Origin: Strigamia acuminata | Taxonomy: Eukaryota | Length of the DNA: 64,000 nucleotides | Reading direction: 5' to 3' | NCBI GenBank assembly: GCA_949358305.1 | Contig: OX442314.1 | Span: 16,616,001-16,680,000 of the forward strand | Part shown: one piece after another, positions 28,411 through 41,281 of the stretch | Layout: each line of letters opens with the position of its first letter | How positions within the stretch are numbered: position 1 is the first letter of the stretch | The notes under the pieces: generated by a model | Database searches by the model: none | What the model saw: only the letters and a program-made list of their open reading frames with translations | What the model was told of the DNA's origin: nothing | Translations under genes and position numbers: made by a program

Positions 28411-31319
28411 ACGCCCAGAATTGTCATAGCGTTCTTCTCAAAGCTTAGATAACAAGTCGCATCAAAGTAATGACTTAGAGTTGCTGATTTATCAGCACAG
28501 TAAGGAAACCAAACTCGTACTTAAAAGAAAATGATATTGGGCGAATTATACCGTGAGTTAAAGGGAGAAAAAGAGAATTGCGATAGGTAGGAAACGGCGA
28601 AGGCGAAGGCGAAGAGGGGGCAACAATCTTAGCGTTAATTTCGTTTAAAGCAGTCACGGTTAAAAAACAAATCCATTAACCTAATGTTAATAAATTAATT
28701 AAAAATCAGTTCCCACATGAAAATTACAATTGCCACCGTATTCCTGTGTGCCACGCACAACCGGCTCGTTCCCTTTAGATCCAAACCCGCTGCTTTTAAT
28801 GGCAACAGTATCGTCTTATACTCATCTTATCCTGCAGTTCCTTAGCCAAAATGCCTCTCTTGTTGATCATTGCTTTTCCCCTGGTAACGTTTCCATAGTA
28901 ACCGAAGTGCAGCAACCCATTATAGTTCTTTATTATCTCGACACGAAAACGAGAGCAGACGCACATATATTAACTTTTTAAAGTTTGTACATGGACGAGA
29001 CAAACTGAATTTATGAGTGATTCCAGATTTACTGTCTGAAAACAGACATTAAGCCTTAGTGTCAGCTCTTTAGGAAATGAAACTCAAAACTTGTTTTCCA
29101 TAACCGAATTGTGTTTTCACTCTGCGTTTTTAAATTTTCTGCTAATGGAACTGCTATTATGTCTAAGAAATGTAATATACCAAGTGACTGCAATTGAATT
29201 TAAAATAATGTTTTTAATGCTCGCTATTTTTTTTTTTCTTTCAAACTTTGCGAAACTTGCAGGCTTTCTTTCTTTGCTATTCCGGACGAGTTCAACGAAA
29301 AACATTTCGAGAAATTCTAGGAGATAAAATCAATCTTTGTTCAGTACATACAGTATCAGGGCAACTAGAAAGGTTTCTGGTTCACATTTCTCGAAATCGT
29401 GCATTTTTTTTGAATTTTGATATACGTTGCGAAATAAAAGCTTTTTAAAAGTTAAATAAACAGGAATTCGTACATAATATATCACTTTTTTATTTGCTAC
29501 TAAAATCCTGTCAGTTTAACGTATGCAGTTTGTACTTTTCGCTCTTGGTGTTGCTGTCCATCGAACTAGAGTGCGTCTGCGACATTTAAAAAGCCCAGTC
29601 GTTAAAAATTATTGGTTACATTCTTTGTGCGACAAGTCAATTGTCTTATTACACTAAAACGTTTCTGATGTATGCAAAGGAGCTGCATAAAATATCTTTA
29701 TCTATTGTTACATTTTTTTCTCTTCTTTGATGCGATACATTTGTAAAAAAGTCGAGTAATGCAAACTTGTCTCAGTTTCAACCCGAATTCTCAACGAATG
29801 ATTACTTTCGTTTATGTCTATGGGGATGGGCTTCTCGCTTCGCATCTCGAAAACAATAAAATTTGTTTTTAAAACTTTAAACTGTCAGCTTTACTACTTG
29901 CAGTGACTTAATCAATTTTTTAAGCTGCAACTTATGCACATATCGATTCATTTCGAATGTCAATATTTGTCTATGGTGGTTTTCAAGCTTAGAGCTGAAA
30001 TGTTTTTGGCAAATAAATGCAAATGCTCCCAAATGACCGGAAAATGCACACACGTATAAGACTGTGCCTTATATATTATTTTAAGTCAACTTGTTTTTCT
30101 TCTTGATGATAACTTTGGTCATATACTCATAGGGACTACAAGTTATGCATCCTCAGGGATTAGTAAACATCGAATATTTCTTGTACAACAACTACATTTG
30201 TGTTTTTGTTTACGCAGTGCTTCAAACTTTTTGCAATGTTCTGATCGTTACAATTTACCATCATTCAAACGGGAAAAACTTTTCAAGTGTGCGTTTTGTG
30301 TGCAAATACAATTGGATTTATTTTGTTTTCCCCCTAGTTTGATTGATCGTATCTATCAAAACAAGAATAAATGTATTGCAAGAAAGTATTGACTAGACAA
30401 GCGATGTGCACTCGTTTTAAATGACTTTTTGAATGCGCCTGTAACTGTATTGAATTGATGAAATATTAAAAACGGACAGCTTCTTATTTGTAGCTAAGCT
30501 TATTAGTAAATGTCTTTAATTATCTTGACTGAGAGTTATAAAGTTAATGTTCACTTTCTTGCAGAAGCTAATGATACATTGTATCATAACATGACCCCCA
30601 AGAGAAATCATTCAATGCGACAAGATTAAAAGGATGGGTCTTGTGGGTCCACGATCCGCTCCAGGTTTAAAATATCGCCTTCCGATAAAACGTTTTGCCT
30701 ATGAGTTGGCTGAGCTGAGGTAAGATCATTACAGACAGTGCCATGTCAGCCTCTTGAGGATGGGTTCCATTAATGATGGGGCCATCAGATCTGATGCAAA
30801 TAGGAAAGATATTAAAAGTTGGTGAGCAGGTTTTTGGAATTTTAAATGTTGGGCCACATTCCCTGTGACATTATACCCGGACCCAAGTTATAAAACAAGC
30901 ACATTTGTGTGAAACTGATCACTATAACACGTGTTTAATTAGCCATTAACCTAATTTGAAGCAGCTGCTCCAAAAGGATAGAAGCTTATTGGGTGTGGTT
31001 AGAAAATATTCATTAAAGTTTTGTGGTTGCTCACTGCAAATCCTCTCAAGATTAAAAATATTAACTGCTGCGGTCTGTCATCAACACTTTTATTTTTAGT
31101 ATCGTTTTACTACAACAGCAGCTTTTATTTTCGGATAAAAACTACCACTTTGTTCTCATTTTTCACTTTGTTTGGTTTAAAGAGAACACTCGGGTTCACA
31201 CCAAAACAAAGTTGCCAAATCGCTGTACAGTGCATGAAATGGATCAACTTATGTTTTCTCATTTTAATTATCCTTTTCAAGAATTAAATGTAACAATATA
31301 TTTAATTTTAAATTAGTTA

Positions 31320-31450
31320 TGAAATTAAATTCAAAACTTGGTGGACGATTTAGTTTGTTTCAATTGCAGTGGGCAATCGGCAAGCGCACAAAATAAAATT
31401 GTACTCCGTACATGTTTAACTAACTTACATACCGTATTACAAATGCGCCT
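31320..31450. repeat. Dispersed repeat, copy 3 (more diverged)
   Basis: CGATTTAGTTTGTTTCAATTGCAGTGGGCA...GCGCACA...TGCGCCT aligns with the copies at 6.9 and 12.7 kb. Confidence 0.6.
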
Positions 31451-34000
31451 AGTGTAAAGTGTTACTTCGCCACTTCACAACTTTACAAAAGCAAACAATC
31501 TTTTTATAGGGTATTTAGATATTTTTTTTTGCTCATTTATATCGTTCAAGAAGTTCCTCATGGTTCGAATTGGATTATGCAAATTAAGTGCATACAATAT
31601 ACTATTTTACGGTTTCCGTGTTTAGCAAACCTCATCAGTACCGTAATTATTTGTTTACTTATGACGAATAAGTGTTTTATTAAGGATGTCTGCAGTTTTG
31701 CGTGAGTTAGTTTTCCATTTCATAATTTTAGTTTTTGTCCAATTAAATTTACTGCAATTAAAACACAAGAAACGAGGACATGCCACCGATATATTCATTT
31801 TGGTACCGCCATGCACCACTAGATGCCGCTCGATCAGTGGCGTAGCAAAGGGAGCTCTTTTTTCAAAAGTGGCGCCTAGTTCACTTGGGCCACCATAGTC
31901 TAGTTTAAGAAGAAAACAATTGTGCTAATCATCGACACAGTTTCCTAAGTCGGAAAAATAACTTTAATTTAAACAGCTTTCTTTTGTGTGTCTGCATAAT
32001 TGAAACAAAACTCAATATCGTATTTTGGATTGGACATGCAAATGAATCTACGTCTCATTTCCTACTTTGCATGAAATGTTTATCCGCTCGGTATTGCTCA
32101 TTAAATTTCTCGGCTCGGAGGCGGAAACATGCCTGATGCATTGAGGTAAGTTTGGCTTTTTTGCCACTTTTAAGTCACTTTAATTTTAGCTCATGTGCTT
32201 TTTTATTTTATAGTTGTAGTATATTTTTTAGCGTTTTATTTTTGGTCCTTTGTTTCATAGAAGTTTAATTTAATTTTTGTTTTACCTGAGAATTATGTCA
32301 CGTTTAGTTTTAAATTATTATTTCACCCTTCCGTCATCTACACAGGCAGTTTTATTTAGTTGTCTTGTTAGATGTTTAGTTTAAAACATTTTAACTTTAG
32401 TTTATACATTGTTTTGAATTATTAATTTTGAAATCCGTTCCTTCTAGTTTCAACTCATCATGGATTCAACGGACGGAAGACTCCAAGAACAACATAAATG
32501 GACTCCAGTGTCGCTGTTTATTTTTAAATATTTTAAAAGGTTTCATTAGTTTGTGTAATTGAAATTTTTGTTTTTCATTTTATATTTGTATTGTTCCGGT
32601 ACCAGAAATAGTACCTATTAAAAGTACCTTGTACAGTAAATGGCGTTACTTTTTGGCGACCTACATAGGTAAATTCTTTAACAAAATAAAACTATAAAGT
32701 GTAAGCCGGATACTGTCGAAAAGAATGATTAAAGACATGCACAGAAATCATGGGCGACAATACGAGCCTCTTGAACTAGGTTTTAACTACCGTAATTACA
32801 TTTGCGTCATTCTGTCTACATGTTTTGTTTTTTTTATACAAATTACGCTTTATTGTGTATTTATTATACAAAATATCACCAAATAATCGGGGGTAAGGCA
32901 GCAATAGCATTTCAGTATATTTTCAGAGTGAAATATTATTCTATTCCCATTGGATCAAAATAGTAAATATTAGATATGACAATTCCCATTCTACTTTGCA
33001 AGCATTAGGTCGCGGCTGCAAAGCTGGAAAATAAACAAGCTAGGCCCAACCAACTAACGTTTCTAATCTGCAGTGTTTTAGTTGCAAGGCTCTTTTTATA
33101 ATATAAATTTCACTTAAAATAGATAAAAACCACCTATAGGATTATTACAATAATTTCTAGCGGCTCACTTTTTTCCCTCATTCAACGAAATTTAAAAGGT
33201 TTTTTCCCTCAGCACATTAATTATTTAAGCATACTACGAGTATTACCATAATCAGAAGTTAATGAATTCTCCGTGCAAATGAGTAGTTCATTTATTTTTG
33301 CCATAATTAAGAGTTAAGGCCCGTGAGGAGCACGTTGCAGTATTTTTTATTTTGTTTTATATTATGTTTTGCTTTTGTTTGGGTTTTAGTATTAATTCAT
33401 ACGTATTTAATCATTAACCATGCAAACATGGCCTTGCATGTTTTCCTAGAAGTTTAACTTTAATGAGACTGCCGTTTTGAATTATTTATTTTATTGTTAT
33501 ATACGGGTAGTACCGTACCTGGTATGTACTGTACATTTCCATCTACTAATTATAGATTTTTTTAAAGAAATATTTCTATCAGGCATGGGTGATGTGGTTC
33601 AGTACCCAACTTTAGGGCCCTCGTGTTATAAACTGAATACTAGAGATACCTTGAAATGTGCCAAGACTTAAAGTGCACCGAGGCGCGAGCTCATATCCAT
33701 CTGCACCTGTGCGGATAGCGCTTGAACAAGTGGGTGTGTCAAGAACACATGCTCTTAAATACGCACTGAGCACAGACAGTGACAGTGTGTAGTCTTTCAA
33801 GTGTAGTTAGTAAGTACTTTCTCCCTTTTCTGATAACACTCACGTGAAATCCTGACAATGAGAAGAGCAGAAGGTAAAAATCCCAAAAAGCCTCATTTGC
33901 ATATCCGACCAAATTTCGAGAAGTACAAGAGCATAAAAAATGTTTGTGGACCCAAGGGTCCATTAATAAATTACTTCAACAGCAACCTAATTAAACTCAC

Positions 34001-34202
34001 AGACGGAGCCGACGGAAAGAGGACCGAACGGGGTCATCCGGGTCCTGGCCATGTTTGCTTCGTGCTTTTATTCCATACTTCCGGAAGAAGTTTGCAAAAT
34101 GACTGCTCTGCCCGGCTCCTGCTGCTTTTTTCACTTTGTCTGGGGAATTTTCTTGCCTCTGGCCTGTCAGAACGGCAGGTGGCCCGGTCAGTTCAGTTTA
34201 TA
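34001..34202 (-). promoter_or_regulatory. Candidate promoter and first exon of an unidentified minus-strand gene, possibly encoding MARTRMTPFGPLSVGSV
   Basis: GC-rich island; TATAAA at 34202-34197; CAAACATG start context (ATG at 34052); 52 nt open frame ending at donor GTGAGT (34000-33995). Confidence 0.4.
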
Positions 34203-34781
34203 TCCATGTCGGTGTTTACTATGAATTCTAATGAAATAAGAAGAAACTGAAGCCCAGAAACTACTCTTTTCTATACGGTAACGTCCGTAAACGGAAAGTC
34301 CAAACCTTTTTTGCACACAAATTTTCGAGTTCCTTAAAAAAATGCGCGCAAGATAATTCGAACGGGATTTTCTAAATATTCCGGTGCATTCTCATTCTCG
34401 TCATAAATCGTGAAAATTACTTATTTTGAAGTACAAATTCTTATTGTAGTTCCGGATCCGAATTCTAACTGTCCTAGGCAGTTCTCACTAGGTGGCAGCA
34501 TCAACCAGAAAACATTCTACGTATAGTCGTTTTTTTCCTGGGAGCAGAAACTTACAAGGAAACACCGGTGAATACTGTACTCAACTGTAATCAAAGTAAA
34601 TTGTAAATAAAAATCTGCTTAAATTGTACTTTCTATTTATTAATTCTATAAGTGTTATACACATTTAGTTTTACAAAAGATGAAAACATTGAACAGATGG
34701 TCAAATTTTTCAATGCATTTCATTAACATTTTCTGGTTTTAGTATTAACAACGAAAAAAAGTAAGACTTTCCCGGGACGAG

Positions 34782-37700
34782 TTACTCGCCATCTTTGTAC
34801 AGGGCTTCGATGTAACTTTCGTATTTTTTTGAAACTATCGGCCTTTTTAATTTTAAAGTGGGACCTAAATAAAAGATAATATCAGAAAAAAAAAGTCAAT
34901 CAACATTAATTTTTGTCTTACCAATCTCATCCCCCGGTAAAGAAAAGTCTTTAGGAAGTATCACAAATTTTTGTATTTTTTGTGCATTGGAAATAGCAAA
35001 ACTATTATTATACATATCAATTCCTTCTTGAAGTCCTTTTAATACGTTTTTATCAGGTCCAGCCTTTATAATCTCGGTCACTGTGGTTGCATTAACGCCA
35101 CGCTGCTTACACCACTTCAATGCTGCCGGTGCTAACACATCGGTTGGTATTAAAGTATCAAGATTCATTTCAGTCTATTAAAAATAAATTATTATAATTC
35201 AAACAAAACTAAATAGAGTTAAATTTAAAACACCTTTAAAGTAATCAACAAAGCAAGGTACTTTCGTTTATCTCCTAGAAGCATACAATTACTGATTACT
35301 GGAATCATGTTCTTCAGGGTATCTTCGATAGGAACAGGTGCAACATTTTCACCACCAGAGGTTATTAGAATTTCTGAACGTATTACACTAATTAATGTAC
35401 AGTCTAATTTTGTAAAGTTGCAATGTTTTACCTTTAATTCTGCCAGTTATAAACAAAAACCTGTCTGTATCTATAGTTCCTATATCTCCAGTGTGAAACC
35501 ATCCCTCTTTGGTAACTACTTCTTTGGTTCCGGCTTCCATGTTCAAATAACCCATAAAAATTGATCGGCCTCGCAGTAGGATCTGAATTTAATACAGCAA
35601 AATTTATAGAAATAGATGGATACATTTGAAATTACTTCTCCATTTCCAGTGTCATCAGGATTATCAATTTTTCCTTCAATCATAGCCGATATTTTTCCAA
35701 CACTTCCTATTCGATAATCTAATCCCGTGTTAGCAGTAATTGGACCTAAAAATAGTTCCATGAAAATAAAATTATTATTATTTCATTAAATCTTTTCAAT
35801 AGTTACCAGAAGTTTCACTCAATCCGTAACCTTCATTTAGAACCATATCTAAACTCAAAAAATACTTGAGCACATCAATCGCTAAGGGAGCACCTCCACT
35901 TAGCATACACTTGGTCCTATGAAATCCCAAGCGCTTCTTCAATTTGGAAAACACCACTTTACTTGCAATCTTATAAGAGAACGACTTTTTACCATTTCCT
36001 CTAGAAAATAAGTTGTATTAGTCGTGTTATTTATTTTTATTTTATCATCTTACTCATTTTTTTGTAAATGATATGTCAGTGCTTGTTTTTGTGCCCAAGC
36101 TAAAAGATTTTTCTTTCTTTGAGGCATAGAATCTTCAGCTTCCTGGATTTTCTCAGTAATTTTCTCCCACACTCGTGGAACACCCAAAATCACAGTTGGT
36201 TTGATATCGCACAACAAATCAACCAGTTTGCCTTTGAGCGCATCTGGTGTTGCAAAGTGAACTGTTCCCGCTAATATCACAGGAGCGTAAAGATCCGTCA
36301 CCTGTCAAGTTACAAGAATAAAATAGGTTTATACAAATAAATATTTTTATTAAAAATTCTATTACCAAAGCAGCGATATGACTTAGAGGTAAATAAGAAC
36401 AAAAAACTTCTTTTCCCATAGTCATTGGCCATAGTTTAGTTATAAGGTTGAACACCATATATTGAAGCTGTTGGAATTGAATAAACGGTAAAGGAACATG
36501 TATTAAATGTGAATTATATCAAATATATTTACATTGTCGTGATTTAACATGACTCCTTTTGGATTCCCAGTTGTTCCAGACTGCAAAAGAACAAAAGAAA
36601 TAATTAATTATAATTTTTATACTCTATTTTTTTGTTTACAGTATAAATAATAACACAGCATTGATTTATAGTTAAACTCTTGACTCGCGCATCAAGATAT
36701 TTGTCATCCAACGATTTCCCGATCGCCATTAAATCGTCCCACTTAAAGAAAAATATTTCAAATAGTTACAATTTTTGCGATTATATTTAAAGGTTTTCTT
36801 ACACTGTACACATCCGGATGCTGCGGGCTGCCAGAATATTGTATAATTGCCTTCAAATTAGGGAGTTTTGAACGATTAATCAAAATCTTTTTTAGTTGAG
36901 TTTCATTCTCCACAACTACTATATTAGCTTTAGAATCTTGTAGAATGTGGAGGCATGCTTCGGCGGAATTTGTGGTATAAATGCCAGCACTTACACCCCT
37001 AGAAGTAAAATTTAATTAGCTCTAGTCAATCGAATTCGCAAATTAATAATTTTTATTTACCCTGCAAATATTGCTGCTAAATGACTTAAGAACCATTCAG
37101 ATGAATTAAATCCTAAGATACCAACACCGTGAAGCGGAAGGAGTCCAAGCTAAAAGCGACCAAAGAAAAGGTTACATTTTCTACATAAAATATTCACTCT
37201 TTTTCGCGCATACTTTAATGAATCCTTTAGCCGCTGTGCAAACATCGTTCCAATAATCAGTGTACGTCCATTTAACCCATTTTCCATTCCTTAACGCAGC
37301 CAGTCCAACATGTTTTGGATACTTGTCCACAGTTGATTTTAGACAAGTGTACACCGATTGTTCTTTCATATGACTTCCACTTTCCGACAAATCGATTCTT
37401 GTACAACCTGTAATGTCTGAAGTTGTGATTGCTTTTGTTGGGGCAACGTAATCTGGCCCTATTAAAGAACATTTTAAAAATTTCAATATTAATCAAAAGT
37501 CAAATAAATTACGGGAATTTTTTTTCAGGGTTTTTACAATCAATATTCTAATCAGTTTTCATTGAACTCAAATTACGAGCTTAACTCGTAAAGATAATGA
37601 TGCTTTTATCTGATTTTATGGAATTTCAGTGAGTAACTTCTGTTCAAACATTTACACAACTTTTAAAAAGGCCCGTTTGTTAATTGGATGAAAATGGCCA

Positions 37701-37848
37701 ACTTCAAAGCAATATTTTAAATTTTTGGTGTCATTAAATTACCGTATTGGTGCTTTGGAGCAAAGAAATCCTTGAAAGGCATATTTATGACTTCCTCAAT
37801 ATGTGCAGACCGTTTTCGAAATGAATTCAAAGCTACTGTCGTCGTCAT
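34782..37848 (-). CDS. ACSBG: Long/very-long-chain fatty acid-CoA ligase, bubblegum (ACSBG) family
   Basis: 14 phase-consistent GT-AG exons: 37848-37743, 37458-37214, 37149-37061, 36998-36803, 36741-36640, 36580-36533, 36467-36366, 36301-36054, 36000-35807, 35745-35636, 35582-35432, 35373-35234, 35174-34922, 34864-34782. Motifs YTSGTTGNPKG (AMP-binding), YLPLSHIAA, GYGLSETSGP, ITSGGENVAP, GPTLKLKR. Probable non-coding upstream exon ending near 37974. Confidence 0.93.
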
Positions 37849-38074
37849 TTTGTCTTTTCTGCAGCAACCTTAAACAAATTCGGAATTACCGGTACTTATT
37901 AAAACTGTTCGAAACATACAACGTTTGCATATGCAGAAATTTTTCACTCAAGTAAAGAATAAATGAAACTCACTGTAGTAGCTCAGTACGAGGAGCTCAG
38001 CGTGCGTACTCTTCCGTTCTTCTTACAAATGACTCAAATGAAACTCAAGAACAGATTTTTATCATTTAGCGCAG

Positions 38075-38084
38075 ATCACGTGAT
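38075..38084. promoter_or_regulatory. Palindromic E-box ATCACGTGAT upstream of the probable ACSBG first exon
   Basis: Perfect 10-bp palindrome of the class bound by SREBP/MiT/USF bHLH-zip factors; function inferred. Confidence 0.35.
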
Positions 38085-38672
38085 ATTATTTTAACAAATA
38101 GAAACCTGTTTGTTATGTTATTTACATTTAGAGTGAATTTCTTCGTTAGTTCCAGTTAATGGGACACCTATTTAATTTATAATTATTATTACTCATTTCG
38201 TTCTTCAATTATCAATTATCAAATTTTCGTTTAATGTGTTTGTAAACAATATGCTAATTATGCTTATTACGTTCTGAGAAATGGAAAAAATGTGAATGTT
38301 GACAGAATGAATCATTAACAGCCATTTCCGATAATATTACAATTTTAAAATTATTAACCGATAAGAAAATACAATCTCATGGCGAAACATGTTCCGGGTA
38401 TTGTTGATAGTAAAGAGAAAATATTTTTTCTTAAAAATTTTGAAGTAAAGTGCGAAAAATAACAATTAATTACATTGGCAGTAGTTTGAATTTGTATAGG
38501 CACATTTTTGTGCCTCCGTTGTATCGGCAGCCATTCCCAATTCAGTAATAATAATTTATTTTATTTCATTGTTTATTACTCATCATTATTGATTACTTGC
38601 AGCAAAATAACAAGATAAAATTACGAAACATTGTTTACAGTCAGTACTATTTAATAAAGAAAGAAAAGGTCA

Positions 38673-38750
38673 TGCATTTCCCACAGGAATCGAATACAGA
38701 CCACCTGCGAGGCCAGAAAGCTGAGAATTCTACCACCAAACCACTAGTGC
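38673..38750 (-). pseudogene. Degenerate tRNA-Gly-like sequence (pseudogene or tRNA-derived SINE head)
   Basis: Minus strand GCACTAGTGGTTTGGTGGTAGAATTCTC...GTATTCGATTCCTGTGGGAAATGCA resembles metazoan tRNA-Gly (GCATTGGTGGTTCAGTGGTAGAATTCTC...GGTTCGATTCCCGGCCAATGCA); anticodon arm and stems disrupted; T-run just downstream. Confidence 0.7.
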
Positions 38751-39083
38751 GGATAATGTGTGGCGAGGGAATGATTGACACATCTTTAATGCTTAGCGTT
38801 AGAGTTCTACCAGACCCCTGGACCCCTTTCCAAATTCAAATACCACATCTATCGGTGCAATCAAAATCTTTTCTTCCTGCTTGTTACGTTTATTTGGATT
38901 AAGCAAATGTTTTACAACGAGGGAATAGTAAAATAAACTATTGGCAAACTATTTCTAAACCTGCAAAATGTTTTCAATAGTAGGGATAATGAAGTATTGA
39001 TTAAAGAACAGACCTCGCATGTAAATACTCTCAACATTCTTATTTTGATCTCATTCCTGAAGTGATTGCACAGCAGCCACACG

Positions 39084-40395
39084 ATGTTGTACCTGATTCC
39101 TCTCTTGGCGCTTTTGGGAGTGTCTTCAGCCCTTTACACGCCTCAAGTATATTTTAAATTACCACTTCTGGTTGAATAATAACTAATAATTTTTCTAATT
39201 TCAGGGTTGGTCGAAGACATTTGAAATTGCATTATTTACTGTATTTAAAAGTATTTATTACAGAGTTTAACTCGCATGTAAACGAGCGCATCATTGGGGG
39301 CAAGGAAGTTCGTAAAAACAGCTATCCGTTCATGGTGAGTTGCTAAATAACCGCATTTTAATCGTTGCTATTTAAAGTTCTTGCAAATAGGTTCGTATTG
39401 AATCGTTCAAGGCCGATGGTGTTAGATCTCTTTGCGGAGCGACTCTTTTACACGAAGACTTTGTCGTAACGGCTGCCCATTGCGTACATAACAGCCAGTA
39501 TTCATAAATTTATTTAAAATATATCAATTTAAATAAATTTATTTATTACACTGATAAATCTTAATTCCGACAGATCGCCCATAACGTCACTCAAACTGCA
39601 TTTTGGCGACCATCAATTGAGGCATGAAGATGACACTCAAACAACAATGGACATTCCATTGGCTAATGTAGAAGCACTTTACAAGCACTTTATTTCAGAT
39701 TTTCTCGATTAATTGTACAAATTGATTATGTAGATCCACCATCACTCCAGTTTTAGCAGATTAACTAAAAAAAACGACATAGCTATCATAAAATTGCCAC
39801 AGAAGGCTCCAATTTCAAAACATGTAAGCCCTATTTGCGTTGCAAGTGCGTCAACTGTGTCCGGACATAAAATTGGAACTGCAATGGGCTGGGGAATTAC
39901 CAAAAATATTCAAGATGGTACGATTTTACGCCAGTATTCGCAAGTTAGAACGCGCGAATTTTTTACTAGGGTCATCGTCGAGACATATCCTCAAAGATTT
40001 TTGAATAATTTGCAGGTGGCGTTGCCAGTGAGGTTTTGAAAGAAGTGAATCTTCCTATTTTGCCACATGCCGACTGCCGATTGATGAACCTATTCAAACC
40101 CGATACAATGATTTGCGCTGGAAATACAAAAGGAATCTTTACTTCATTTTGCATAGTATGTTAATGCGTCCTCCCTACTTGTCTGCTCAAAATTAATTTT
40201 ATTAATTTTTTTGTGCAGGGTGATTCTGGTGGACCATTCGTTGTGAAAGATGGAAAATTTTCACTTGTTGGAATTACATCGTTCGTCTCTGGAAAGGGAT
40301 GTGTTGCTGATGGATACGGCGTGGTGTTTGTGCGTGTCTCAAGCTACATTCCATGGCTGCAAGATACAATGGGATCTGCTCTTTGCATTGATTAA
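39084..40395 (+). CDS. Secreted S1A serine protease, paralog 1 (about 278 aa, chymotrypsin/elastase-like)
   Basis: Exons 39084-39146, 39205 (1 nt), 39264-39334, 39391-39497, 39574-39667, 39734-39917, 40016-40155, 40219-40395. Signal peptide, NER|IIGG activation site, TAAHC, NDIA, GDSGG; no stops. Confidence 0.93.
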
Positions 40396-40696
40396 TATAA
40401 AATCTGTAACTGACAAGTAGTAAAAGAATTATGTAAAATTCATTTTAGCTGCAAAAATAAAAACGTTAACAGTTTATCAGTAGTCTGTTGCTTGATTAAT
40501 TGTGACCCAAAGTCAAAACCATATTTTCTTTTTGGATTTACTTACAAATGAAGTCATTAATGAACATCATTACAGACAGTTTAATTAAAAAATCGTCTTT
40601 TTCATGAATTATCTGGTGTAACAAAAATTAAATCAGGCATTGCTGCTAACATGCATTTTTAAGGTTCTGTTAGCTATAATGTATTGTATGTATGTA

Positions 40697-40979
40697 CACC
40701 CGTGGAAAATAAAAACTTTCCTTATATTCAGCTGTTTTAAGTTTACTCTTGACCAGGTCTCATGTTTGACCCTAACAATAGTATTAAAAATTAGACCGGG
40801 CAGACTGGGCAAATCATGATGTCAATGGTTCTTTACGCCACCTTGTGGTCAAAGTTAAAACAGCTGTATTGCAGAAAAGTTTTTTTTTCCGTGGGTGTAC
40901 ATCCGTAGACAAAAAACTTCCCTTGTGTGCAGCAATTTTACAGTATACAAGGGAAATGTTTTTTTTTTGTCCACAGGTG
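40697..40979. mobile_element. Two adjacent related TA-flanked MITEs (40697-40897 and 40900-40979)
   Basis: First has long TIRs CACCCGTGGAAAATAAAAACTTTCC...CAGCTGTTTTAA mirrored at its right end; second is CATCCGTAGACAAAAAACTTCCCTTG mirrored by (reverse complement) CACCTGTGGACAAAAAAAAAACATTTCCCTTG; they share one TA. Confidence 0.7.
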
Positions 40980-41281
40980 TACAAACAGCTTGGCTTCTCT
41001 GACTGACATCAACAGCATCGCTCCTAGATAAATACTGTAATCCTGAATAGAGAGCAACTATGTGTACATCACACAATACTCTGTATAGTAGTAATAAAAT
41101 AAACAGAAATTAGCGAACTATTGTGAAACTTGCAAAATTTAAAAAACTAGCAAATTTTCAATAGCAAGGATAATTCTATTGATTGATTGATTGAACAACA
41201 CACATCCTCAGACGTATAAATACTCGAGATATTCTTAATCCTACCTCACATTTGAAGAAATTACACTACAGTAACTTCACC

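Noticed and set aside
31835..31900. CAGTGGCGTAGC hAT-like terminus
   Set aside because: No matching opposite end found; at most a fragment.
1689..33671. Numerous 60-113 aa ORFs in the long tract
   Set aside because: No recognisable domains, composition typical of AT-rich non-coding DNA, no consistent exon chain.
33980..34200. Telomerase RNA candidate (AACCTAA template-like heptamer, U-rich tract)
   Set aside because: Could not build a pseudoknot or H/ACA domain; the heptamer is expected by chance.
39147..39263. Non-canonical donor (exon 1 extended by G, intron starting TA) as an alternative to the microexon
   Set aside because: It would give the same mRNA but needs a TA-AG intron in seven genes and does not explain the conserved mid-intron AGGGT or the doubled intron length. 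Only intermediates or mutagenesis can formally exclude it.
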